A stretch of 37,644 nucleotides of DNA from Macrostomum lignano. Taxonomy: Eukaryota. Below, piece after piece: positions 20,219 through 31,140 of this stretch. Made by a program: the position numbers and the translations under genes. The notes beneath the pieces were generated by a model, which worked only from the letters and a program-made list of their open reading frames with translations, made no database searches and was not told the origin of the DNA. Each line of letters starts with the position of its first letter. The stretch's first letter is position 1. The stretch lies in NCBI GenBank assembly GCA_002269645.1, contig NIVC01004702.1, forward strand, positions 1-37,644, in the 5' to 3' direction.

Positions 20219-23200
20219 ATGGCTTATAGTCGAGCAGTGTTAGCCCTGACACTGCTACTGGCAGCAGTTCCTCTTGCTCTGACTGCACCTGGACCTGCCG
20301 CTCGACCCAACAACAACAACAACGACCGATTGTTAAGTCGAGTCCGACGAATAATCGGCAATGCGGACGAGGTCAATGAAGAAGAGAAGCAGAGACTGTT
20401 TCCATTCTCTGTGACCATTACCGGCTCCTACTATGTTAGGGTGCCAAAAAAGATTGGCTTCATCACTTTGAATGTTCCTGTTAAGAGGCAAGTGCACTGC
20501 GGTGCCAGCATACTGGATAGGAATCATGTTATCACGGCGGCGCATTGCCTGCTGGATGAAGATGGGGACCTGTGAGTGCATTAGCGCCCGTGTAAATGTT
20601 TTATTGGTTTTGGACCAGGGTTAGGCAATCTTTTTTACTTTAAGGGCCAGACAGAGAATCTACTAAATAACTGCGGACCGAAGGAGGGGTGAGAGAGTGG
20701 AGATGGGATGAGATAATGAAAAAGAGAGGAAAGTAGAAGAGAGAGAGTTGAGAAGAGTGGAAAGGAGAGGAGAGAATATAGGAAAGGGAAAAATGGAGAT
20801 GGGATGAGAGAAGGGAGATGAAATGAGAGAATTGATAGAAGAGGAGAGAGTGGAGAAGAGAGGAAAATGGATAGGAAAGGGGAGAATGAAGAGGAGATAA
20901 TAGAATGGAGAGAAGAGAGGAAAGGAGAGGAGGGTAGAATAGAGAAGAGAGGAGAGAAAAGAGAAGAGATTTTTCGAGAGAAGAGAGCTGAAAAGAGTCA
21001 AACCTTGAGCGGGCCGGATTGCTATTGTGAAGTTTCAAACGACCCGATGGCCAGAGAGAGGCTTCACGGGCCAGAGTTAGCCCACACCTTGTTTAGACTA
21101 TATGCTGTAGATACTCACTTATATTACTCACGCCTTTCAGAATCGCTTCAACTAGTTGGAAAGTGTACATGCATAGTATTAAACGTAAGCCATCGATGTA
21201 CGAACGCATGAAGAGCTGGTTTGCTCGCAAAGCGTCCAAGTGAGTACGCGTTATTAAGCTTTGTAGGTCTTTGTAGCTTCTCAGCGATTGATCGATGCTT
21301 CTCGTGCAAAAAGTGTGTACAGTTAATAAAAAATAGCATTTCGATGCCCACTTGATCTAAACACCCAGGTTAACGGGAAAGAACATAGCGGAAAATGTGG
21401 CCCATCACGCTCATTTTAAGAAGATTCACATTCATCCAAGCTACGATAAAGGTGAGGTACTACTTCACTATACTTTCTCAGGTTCTTACTGACTTTTGAA
21501 TCGGATATCGTCATTAAAACTCCAATGGCCTGGTTATCAGCCCATCAATTAGCTCGTAATATACGCCCAACAAACAAAAATGCTACTCCCCAGGCAGCAT
21601 CCTACACGATGTAGCCGTCATTGAGACGTCCGATATTCGTTACGACCAAATCAGCCATGCCGGGCCCATTGGTCTGCCGCCGAGCGAGGTAGTGCGGGCC
21701 GACGGTCCAACCCCTGGCACGCTGTGTGACTACTCTGGCTGGGGCTGCACTCGTCCGAAGGGCAGCGTTCGAGAGAAACTACTGATGGCGCAGTTCACTG
21801 TTAAACCGTTGGGCGATTGCACCAGCGTCTTTCAGGGAGGAGATTCGGCGTTTTGGCAAAAGAATTTGTGCGTTCAGGCCAATAGGACGACAGTGTGTCC
21901 GGTGAGAAGAAGCTATAGCAATATGGAAGCGACTCCTTGTGGACTTATTTATTTGTGGACTCCTTGTGGAGTATTTAAAAACCATAGGATGTAGCAAACA
22001 ACAGAAGGGTATAGCTTTGACTTACTTGACTTAGCTGCAGGGCTGTCCCGGAGGGGACACAGCGGGAAGGCGCGGGCGCCCATTCCGCTAGTCCCTGAAC
22101 GGCCGACGCGTCGCTATGGACGGAGGGTTGGCGCCGCCCAGGGAGGTCCCCCAGTGTCGCCAGCAGCTATAGTGCTCTCTGGAAAGGAGAGTTCAGCCCT
22201 GCGGGTGGCCCGAAGGTAGCGCATGAGCTGATTAAAGTTTTCGGGTTTGCACGCTTCAGTAATAGATGTGTGTGGCCCGAGGTAAGTGAGTCTGGCCCGC
22301 GTGAAGGCGGGACAGATGCTGACGAAATGCTCAGCGGTTTCGTCACCTGAGTTGCAGAAACTACAGGTGGCGTTGGTGGCGTTGCCCTGCAGGTACTGGT
22401 GCCTGGAGAAGCAGCCGTGACCAGAGAGGGTCATGGTGGCAGCCCGGATGTCTCTGCGCGAGAGGCGCAAGAGGAGCTTCCGGAGCTGGTGAGAGGGCTG
22501 AGGGACAGCGCCTCTGGATTGCCTGCAGGTAGTGCAGTTCGCCCAAGTCGAGCGGTGCTGGGTCCTGATCCACGCTTTGATGCGCGAGTCGATGACACAG
22601 CCAGGAATCGAAGGGTATAGCACACAACAGCAGAGTATAGCAAACAACAGCAGAGTATAGCAAACAACAGAAGGGTATAGCACACAACAGCAGAGTATAG
22701 CAAACAACAGCAGAGTATAGCAAACAACAGAAGGGTATAGCACACAACAGCAGAGTATAGCAAACAACAGAAGGGTATAGCAAACAACAGAAGGGCATAG
22801 CAAACAACAGAAGGGTATAGCAAACAACAGAAGGGTATAGCAAACAACAGAAGTGTATAGCAAACAACAGAAGGACATAGCAAACAACAGAAGGGTATAA
22901 CAAACAACAGAAGGGTATAACAAACAACAGAAGGGTATAACAAACAACAGAAGTGTATAGCAAACAACAGAAGTGTATAGCAAACAACAGAAGGGCATAA
23001 CAAACAACAGAAGGGTATAGCAAACAACAGAAGTGTATAGTAAACAACAGAAGGGCATAGCAAAGAACAGAAGGGTATAACAAACAACAGAAGGGTATAA
23101 CAAACAACAGAAGGGTATAACAAACAACAGAAGGGTAAAGCAAACAAAAGAAGGGTATAGCAAACAACAGAAGGGCATAGCAAACAACAGAAGGGTATAG

Positions 23201-24051
23201 CAAACAACAGAAGTGTATAGCAAACAACAGAAGGGCATAGCAAACAACAGAAGGGCATAGCAAACAACAGAAGGGTATAACAAACAACAGAAGGGTATAA
23301 CAAACAACAGAAGTGTATAGCAAACAACAGAAGTGTATAGCAAACAACAGAAGGGCATAGCAAACAACAGAAGGGTATAGCAAACAACAGAAGTGTATAG
23401 TAAACAACAGAAGGGCATAGCAAAGAACAGAAGGGTATAACAAACAACAGAAGGGTATAACAAACAACAGAAGGGTATAGCAAAGAACAGAAGGGTAAAG
23501 CAAACAACAGAAGTGTATAGCAAACAACAGAAGGGCATAGCAAACAACAGTAGGGTATAGCAAACAAAGAAGATAGCAAACAACAGGTATAGCAAACAAC
23601 AGAAGGGTATAGCAAACAACAGAAGGGCATAGCAAACAACAGAAGTGTATAGCAAACAACAGAAGGGCATAGCAAACAACAGAAGGGTATAACAAAGAAC
23701 AGATGGGTATAACAAAATAGCAAAGATGTAGGATGTAGAAGCGTGTAGAATATCACAGAAGAGTGAAAAAAGCTAACAACAAACCTATTCTAGAAGACTA
23801 AGACATTATTAAATTGTGTGCAGAATCGGTCTTTCAACACTAAAATGTTTATTTTCTCAAATCAATTGTCTTTTCAGGGAGACAGCGGCGGCGGTCTCAG
23901 GTGTGAGCACAACGGTCAACCCTATCTGGCTGGCATAGCTTCCTCCGCGGCCACTGGAGCTAATCCGGAGCTTTATCCGGCTAATTTCATGCGGATTACC
24001 GGCTACATTAGCTGGATTAGGGAGACTATGGCGCTTAGTAGCGCCAGCTAA
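20219..24051 (+). CDS. Secreted S1 (chymotrypsin-fold) serine protease, 338 aa; exons 20219-20571, 21141-21239, 21369-21451, 21594-21901, 23878-24051
   Basis: Signal peptide, RVRR|IIGN activation site, and catalytic triad TAAHC / HDVAV / GDSGG. All four introns are GT-AG with matching phases (2,2,1,0); exon total is 1017 nt. Confidence 0.92.
20616..21090. mobile_element. Second copy of the hAT-type GA-filler MITE, in protease intron 1
   Basis: Left CAGGGTTAGGCAATCTTTTTTAC..AAGGGCCAGA. Shares AAACCTTGAGC..GGATTG..ATTGTGAAGTTTCAAA with 2846-3281 and ends CACCTT. Degenerate TSD TTTTGGAC / GTTTAGAC (6/8). Confidence 0.8.
21995..23728. repeat. 20-bp minisatellite GCAAACAACAGAAGGGTATA in protease intron 4, interrupted by the LINE fragment
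   Basis: One unit at 21995-22014 and about 55 units at 22610-23728. A variant block repeats at 23041 and 23401 (period 360 bp). Confidence 0.95.
22015..22609 (-). mobile_element. 5'-truncated non-LTR retrotransposon (I/LOA-group-like ORF2 C-terminus plus 3' UTR)
   Basis: Minus frame reads LSRRDIRAATMTLSGHG...CSFCNSGDETAEHFVSICPAF (C-x2-C-x8-H-x4-C knuckle), stop at 22114, then a GC-rich UTR and a TAAGTCAAGTAAGTCAAAG tail. GAAGGGTATAG flanks it at 22004-22014 and 22610-22620. Confidence 0.85.
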
Positions 24052-25944
24052 CTCATCCTCGGGCCGATATTCTATTTATTATTGTCTAATTGTTGACTCA
24101 AAAACACTAAACAATACGAGAATGAGGCTTCAATGTTATTTACGTGTTGCTTTTGTTGATCAAATAAATAATGAGAAAACTACATTTTATTCATACTTAT
24201 TAACCATAAAGTATGTTGGCGATGTTGAAAGACAACATCTGTAAATTTTATATTATCAAAAGAATGCGACTTTTTAAATTTAATTATGACTCATAACTAT
24301 GACTCAGTTTTTTAGATACGCTGAACGAGTTTTATAAAGTTTTTTATGATTTGAATAGTTAGGATGTGGTCGCTCAATAAATTAGCAACAGTTCAGAATA
24401 TGAGCGTAAACTTATTTAATTATATGGGCGTAGCAACTATTATGGAAAGTAAACTACGCAGTTCGAAGCTTTATCTGTTCTCAAACAAGCGAGAATATCT
24501 GCCAGATTACTCTGAGTCTAATTGATAGGCGGCTAGTTGTTTATTTTACGTTGATATTCTGTGGCCGACTTGAGTTATATTAACAAAGTTATTATGCGTA
24601 TATATTTAATGTTGATTGATAACAATATTTGTTTGTTTACATGTGCCGTTTCTTGTTAATGTGTACGTTACGTGCGTGCTAGAATGATTAGTTATTCTAA
24701 AAAAATTTCTTTACTCACTTCGCTTCCTTCACGTTAATGAAAGAAGATAAAGTAAGAATTTTTGTTGTAGTTCATACTTTATGAAGATAGATTAGTTTGT
24801 GAAAATTAGCAAACGAAATGTGTCGGTATTACAGTTTGGAAGCCTATTTACTCGTAATTCAATTTGCAAGCGTTTCACACCCATTATACCTGTGTAGATG
24901 ACACACTGTATAGTTAGTTAAACTTCTCACAAAAGGATCTCTTCTCACTCATTCAACAACTCAAGCAAACCCATTTGCTGCTCATTAAAAGCGTAGACCA
25001 AGTTTTTTCAAATCTAAATTTAGCTCTAGCTATACATAAATGAAATAGCTAAAACCAGTCTATAAACTATGGCACCCGTTCATAGGCGTTGCCACGCCTG
25101 ACACTTTCTCTCCACTGTATTAATTAGTAGTGCTAGCAGTGTCATCCCATTGAACCTGTGCAACCTCCATACACGCCATGGCTATAGATTAGATTAAAAG
25201 AATACCCAGGCATATGTAATGCAACGAGTAAGTAGTGGACAAAACGACAGCAAAACTCTCAGGTAGGTGCATAGGAAAGGTAAAGAGAATACCCCCGCCT
25301 CTCTATAAACCCTTGTGACCCCCCTCATTCTCTCCCACGCTCTGACTGACAACTTTATAGGAGCGTAGAGTCTGTCAAAGCGCGGTGTTGAGGTAGTCAG
25401 TTTGCTAGGCAATGGGGCATTGTTCAAGTGCTCAAACTGAGCAGACACTGCTCGGCATATGCTCTTCTTATTCTTCATCTGCGGGTGAGAAAGTTTCCTG
25501 CGACTGTGTTTTCCAATTTTTATCGGATTCTCACATGTCTAATTTGTTTTCTATTCTTTGCAGAGCAATAGTTCTGTCCTGTGTCCCTATCCGACTTGTG
25601 CAGCCAATGACGAGATGAATATCAACTAATACTGTATACATAGCGAAGCCATCATTGGTTGCCATATTTTCCATATATAGGTGCCCATTTTTGGTTATTT
25701 TTCAACCTAGTACTCGTACAACGTAGTCAATTGATTGTCTCTCAGTGCTGTCAACTAACTACTATCTTCAGATCTGTGGCTGTGTAAGTACCTTTCTGCC
25801 CATGCCTGAAATGTTTTCGTCCTGGGGATTATTATGAATGTTTTTTTACTCAAACCTTTTAACCTTTTAACCGTTTTACTCAAAGAGCCCAGAGGCTTGA
25901 AACCGGTAGCCTACTTTCAATAAAATAATTTAACACGCCGTGAC

Positions 25945-25946
25945 CT

Positions 25947-25982
<36 letters not shown>

Positions 25983-25991
25983 ATATATATA
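25945..25991. repeat. (CT)n(AT)n microsatellite
   Basis: CTCTCT... run followed directly by a TATATA run. Confidence 0.9.
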
Positions 25992-26030
25992 GTTTAGGTA
26001 TAGAAATCCATCAAATTTTGACAGTTAATG

Positions 26031-26800
26031 TAGCTTTTTGCAGCCCATTTGGGCTCACGCGCATTGAATTTAATCCAAGATCCGTTTGCCACGAGCTTAA
26101 TGTAACGGAGCTAATTTTGTCTATGGTAGCAAGGCTGGCACAGCGGCATTTAATTTGGTCCAACAAGCATCAATTTGGTCCATAGCTTTATTTGCATCTG
26201 CTGCGGAAGAGGAGCAAGATCAGCTCCAAAATTGTGGACCATATGCTAGGCTGTCGAACCATTGGCTTGTGATCGAAGCACTCGACAGAGGTGAACACTC
26301 AAAGGACATTGCAAGGCTGTTGAATGTAAAAGAAAATATGATTTACAGCATCCATCAGCGCGTTGAAACCACTGCCAGCAGAGAGTCTGCGAAAGGCTGG
26401 CAATCGCCAAGGCAAGTTGCTCGAGAGCCTCAGGTCCAGCTGCTACTCGATGCAGTTGAGAAACCCTCTGTTAACGGTGCAGAAAATGCAGCAGAAGTTG
26501 AAGGAACAGTTCCAGTTGGTTATCAGATTTCGACTTTGAGCAGAGCTCTGGAAAAGCGACTGAAGATTGTTGGTAGAGACGCTGACATTCCAGCAGTACG
26601 CAACAACCTGCAGACAGTTGCGAAAAGGCAAGCATTTTCCGAATGGCTCACGAGCGTTTGGACCAAATTGATGCTTGTTGGACCAAATTAAATGCCGCTG
26701 TGCCAGCCTTGCTACCATAGACAAAAGCTCCGTTACACTGGTAAACTTATCTTGGATTAAATTCAATGCGCGTAAGCCCAAATAGGGCTGCAAAAAGCTA
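26031..26800 (+). mobile_element. Deleted IS630/Tc1/mariner-like DNA transposon; only the HTH region of the transposase remains
   Basis: Inverted arms about 26031-26182 and 26659-26800 (TAGCTTTTTGCAGCCC...). Internal frame VIEALDRGEHSKDIARLLNVKENMIYSI...STLSRAL...RN...KRQAFSEWL resembles a paired-HTH N-terminus, apparently frameshifted, with no DDE domain. Outer termini are unclear. Confidence 0.65.
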
Positions 26801-26967
26801 TGATTCAGCCATCATTAATTTTAGCTACCTGAGAAAATCTTATATGGGGGAATTAAAAATCAACTCCTGTCCTGATTTATCAAATAAATATGCAAATTTA
26901 TACAATCTCGCATTTCTACAGCGAAGCAATTTGCAACTTTTGCCACGATCTTGTGCTCCATCAAAGG

Positions 26968-28457
26968 ATGCTGTTAACTCTGACACTTCTGCTAGCGAGT
27001 GGCTTATTAATGCTGGAGCCAGTCTCACCGATGGGAATCTATGCCGACTCTAAGTACGACCCAACTAAGCCAGCAGTTGACCAGCCTCCGACAACTACAC
27101 TAGCTGGCAACCATCGGGGCATTCATCATGAGCCGGTGGTGGCGAAGTTTCTGCCTGACAGCATCTCGCAGAGCGGTTGGTAGACTTTTTAGCATTCAAT
27201 TAATTGTGTGCTTTTGATGTTTGTTGTTGATTGAATAATTCAATCTGCCACTCAGCTGGAAAACACAATGTGGTTTATCACAAATCTTTTCTCTACTTGA
27301 TTGATGCAATTTTGCAATTATGCAGCTCGTAATTTGAGCACACCTAAAATATGGTTTTAAAATTTTATTGCAGATAAGCTTCGCGCTTTCCTGGAATGTC
27401 GTCGGGAATGCATAGCCAAATGCGACCGCCTGGTGTACATCTACACGGATAAGAAGGTAATGATGGTGCGAGACCCAATGCGTACTTAAATTTATAACTA
27501 GTCTAAGATGTTCCTGATATGCAATATTTACCAAACTTCACTCTTCGATTGGATATTTTAGGAGTACTGTCACGATTGCATCCGGCAGTGCATGCTGTCG
27601 TTTCTGCAGCAAGCAAAAAGCCTTGGTGTAAGCATTTGTAGCTCAATTGTGCTCGTTTCTCATAGCGGGGACATTAGTAACGGTCTCGGAAATAACGAGA
27701 TTATAACGCCAGCCCCTCAGCTTCCCAGCCTCCCAGATCCTCAGCTGCTAGGCCAGCCTCTCAGATTCTCAGTTGCTGGGCCAGCCTCCCAGATTCTCAG
27801 TTGCTATGCCAGCCTCCCAGATCCTCAGTTGCTGGGCCAGCCTCCCAGATCCTCAGTTGCTGAGCCAGCCTCCCAGAGTGGCAGTTGCTGGGCCAGCCTC
27901 CCAGATCCTCAGTTGCAGGGCCAGCCTCCCAGATCCTCAGTTGCTGGGCCAGCCTCCCAGATCCTCAGTTGCTGCGTCAGCGTCACCACCTGACCTCCCA
28001 GATCCTCAGTTGCTGGGCCAGCCTCCCAGATCCTCAGTTGCTGGGCCAGCCTCCCTGATCCTCAGTTGCTGGGCCAGCCTCCCTGATCCACAGTTGCTGG
28101 GCCAGCCTCCCAGATCCTTAGTTGCTGGGCCAGCCTCCCAGAACCTCAGTTGCTGCGTCAGCGTCACCACCTGACCTCCTAGATCCTAAGCTCATACCAG
28201 TAGCCGCTCGCCAACTCACTCAAATCTGCACCACTTCAATCCAATTCCAGATCGAATTCAGCTCACAACCAGCCAGCAAAGATCAAATGCAAGGCGACGC
28301 TCCGGTTGTCGACAATGACGACGAGAAAAGGAAAGGCCGTCGTCGAGGTGGTGGCCGTAAGAGACGGCGCAACAAGCGAAAGCAGCGTCGCGAACGACGC
28401 CGGAAGGAGAAGCAGCAACGACAGGCTCTGCTGAAGAACTGCATCGTGCACAAATAA
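26968..28457 (+). CDS. Orphan secreted protein, 187 aa, with a 6-Cys motif and polybasic C-terminus; exons 26968-27175, 27374-27456, 27562-27627, 28251-28457
   Basis: Signal peptide MLLTLTLLLASGLLMLEPVSP. Three GT-AG introns with matching phases (1,0,0); exon total 564 nt ending in TAA. This gene is not recovered whole by the ORF track. Confidence 0.78.
27716..28190. repeat. 28-bp minisatellite GGCCAGCCTCCCAGATCCTCAGTTGCTG in intron 3 of the orphan secreted gene
   Basis: About 15 copies. A GCGTCAGCGTCACCACCTGACCT variant block occurs twice (near 27974 and 28155). Confidence 0.95.
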
Positions 28458-29681
28458 GAATGTTTTGATCCAGAGCTGCAAGGCGTATTAAAACTTAATC
28501 AGCTAATCCAGTTATGGCAATTAAGAATTCATTGGCTAGAAAGCGAAGGAAGAAAGCGATATACTAAACTGATATCTTGCGTTTTGCGGCGAAAACCGGT
28601 CCTCCTTATCGAAGGTTTTCAGAGGCGATTGATTGTAAATACTGACCTGGTATTGAAGAACCGTTTGGAAACTCGATAGGCATAATATATATTAAACACC
28701 AAACCGATCCTATGTAAGGTCAGCTCTGTGGATCAACATAGTGGTTCCGACATTCCAAAATAATACCTCATCATCATCAAGCTGTTGTTGTTAAATTATT
28801 TGTGTTTTTTTCGTTCTCAGCATCGCAAACTAAGTGTTGAATTTGAGCACCTGAAAAAACGTATTTCAATACACGCAACTATTAGCTTACTGAAGCCGTG
28901 ATGCTCTTGACAAGACAAAAACCCAAATTATTTTAGACTTCATTGATTTGCTTTTGCATATGAAAAGTGAATTGGAATTTGTTCTATATTTGAAAATCAT
29001 TCAATTTATTTAATAACGCTTTTTAACGAGTAAAAGAAAATCTACGAAATTTACAACAATTTTAACACAAATCGAAAGCTTTTAAGTAAAACATGCGAAA
29101 TAGAAAATAAAAAATGCATCGTTCTAAGCTAGCTGATAATAAAAGAAATTTCATAACTTAGTCAGTTTATCTGCTAAAAAACGAAATATAAGCTGTTACT
29201 GAAGGCCACTGTTCATTACAGACAGGCATTTTCTTATAGCTGCTGATAAGCAAGTGAGAAAGGTTTGTTATAAAATTGAGTAAAAAAATAACAAAGGTGA
29301 TTTCCTACACAATGATAACATTAGAAAATAGAAAAGAAAGTTTGTTTAAATCGATTCAAAGAGCACAAAGTTACAACTTTCATGGAAAAACATTGACGAG
29401 ATAAGATTATTTACGTGCTTTATGCACTAAAGTAAAAATTTCCCATTTTTGAACCTAAACAATGCTTCGAATTTTTGTCAGCTTGCTTTTTAGGGTTAGT
29501 TGTTTAACAAAAAATATTTTTAACATTTGCTTATTTCCATATGTTTATATCTTTTGTTGGTAAGTAAGAAAAATAATCCTTAGAAAATATATTAATGTTG
29601 CAAACAAACTAAATTTCTAATGCATAATGCAGAAATTACAGCCTTTAAACTGATCAACTATGGTCATTGTTGTCGTGATCG

Positions 29682-31140
29682 TCAGTTGGCTTCCTTCGAT
29701 GCGCGAAATGTTTTAAAATCGGTCAGCTCCAACTCAGTCATCAGTTTGTTCAGCGCGTATATCTGAAATTTGGAAAGGCTACATGAATGACTCCAAAAGC
29801 TTAGATTTCTGACAGTTTATTAAATTAAATTCGAATGATGTTTCAAGAAAATTTGCGAATTTAGACAGCAATTTTCGCTAAACTCTGCTATAAACAGTAT
29901 GAAGGGCATTTACCCGATTTCTCTGCTCAACTCGCAATTTTGCGAGTCGAGCTTGCTCTCGTTCTCTTTCCTCTAGCTGAGACTTCAAATCCGACCGCTT
30001 AGCATTGTCCTTGCGCTTGTCCCGAATCTCCGTTAGTCTCAGTGACAGCTCGCGTTTCGACTGGAGTTGATTGATTGGTTTGTTGATTGATTATTTGATT
30101 GCTTGATTGATGGTTTGATCGATCGATTAATTGATTTTATTGATTGATTAGTTGATCTATCGATTACTTTATCGACTGGTTGATTGATTGGTTGGTTTAT
30201 TGATTTATGGATTGTTTTGGTTGATTAATTGACTGATCGTTTGATCGATCGATTAATTGATTTTGTTGTTTGATTGTTGCTTGATCGATTGATTAATTTA
30301 TTGATTGGTTGATTGATTTTTGATTGGCTTGGTCCATTGATTGATTTATAGATTAATTTTGTGAATTGGTTGATCGATTCGTTTAATTTAAAACACTACA
30401 TAGGGTACTCTATCGTGCTACCTACAATCCAAAAAGTGAAAATAGTTTTTAACCTACATTCTTTAATGCCGAACGGTGCAAGTTACTCTAGTGTTCTGCC
30501 ATGAATGCGACATGTCAGGTGTGTTGGTTTTGACATAAAACAAAATTTTCTCGAAATAATAAGCACAATCTTCGTTTGACTATGCAAAAATCAAGAAAAC
30601 GACCCATTCAATTTCGAGTGTTTTATGAAGTACATATGTAGCTTGTGTGTATCTAAATGATGATATAATCCAACAATAAAATACGCCATCCCAAATCTTC
30701 ACCTTCGTGTCCTGCATGCTGAGAACGTATTTTAATCCGGGATTTTCAATTGGCAACGGTGTAGCTGGTGGAGCGCCAGGCACGTTGACGCCGCAGTCGA
30801 CCAGAGATTCAGTTTGTCGCAATGAATAGTACACAGTTCGACCTTTATTGTTTGATTGCTGCTGCTGTTGCTTTTGCTGTTGCTGCCGCAGACGAACTGG
30901 CTGATGCAGACTTTCACAAGCAGCATCTGACAGACGTCTAGCAGAGGCATCGCTAGGCTGCCGACAATTCGATTCGATCAACCGAGAATTGTCGATGCTC
31001 ACCGATTGGCGTCGACGCTGACGGCGGCGTTGCGATTTGCGTTGACGATGATTATGATGATGATGATGAGGCTTTGCAGGATTCTGAGACGGCTTCAAAG
31101 AATAAGATGGAGCTGGCAGGGCTGTGAGAAGGAGGTCCAT
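29682..31140 (-). CDS. Protein with C-terminal SVBP/CCDC23-like (small vasohibin-binding) motif and long low-complexity N-terminus; exons (31140 or 31083)-30703, 30060-29914, 29762-29682
   Basis: Phase-0 GT-AG introns give ...MQDTK|SKRELSLRL...KLRVEQRNR|IYALNKLMTELELTDFKTFRASKEAN*. The recalled human SVBP core is [24 protein letters not shown]. The start is uncertain (ATG at 31140 or 31194, or an upstream exon). Confidence 0.75.
30066..30390. repeat. Degenerate (TTGA)n simple repeat inside the SVBP-like intron
   Basis: Continuous TTGATTGA/GATC-rich run. Confidence 0.85.

Noticed and set aside
21185-21190. Strong GTAAGC donor inside protease exon 2
   Set aside because: Its phase puts a TAA immediately into exon 3. 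It could only yield an NMD isoform, and there is no evidence of use.
22015-22113. HDV-like or hammerhead ribozyme in the LINE UTR (GCGGAATGGG resembles the HDV J4/2 strand)
   Set aside because: Could not build the nested double pseudoknot, there is no CUGANGA/GAAA core, and such ribozymes are expected at LINE 5' ends.
22114-23756. Three long Cys/Leu-rich minus-strand ORFs (533, 444, 441 aa)
   Set aside because: They are stop-free translations of the 20-bp satellite. Only 22114-22609 is real coding sequence (the LINE remnant).
25194-25618. Short ORFs in a moderately GC-rich patch
   Set aside because: No recognisable motif and no phase-consistent exon chain.
27196-27534. Minus-strand ORF with superficial integrase-like words (YLLIRVD)
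   Set aside because: It is antisense to exon 2 of the secreted gene and has no DDE spacing.
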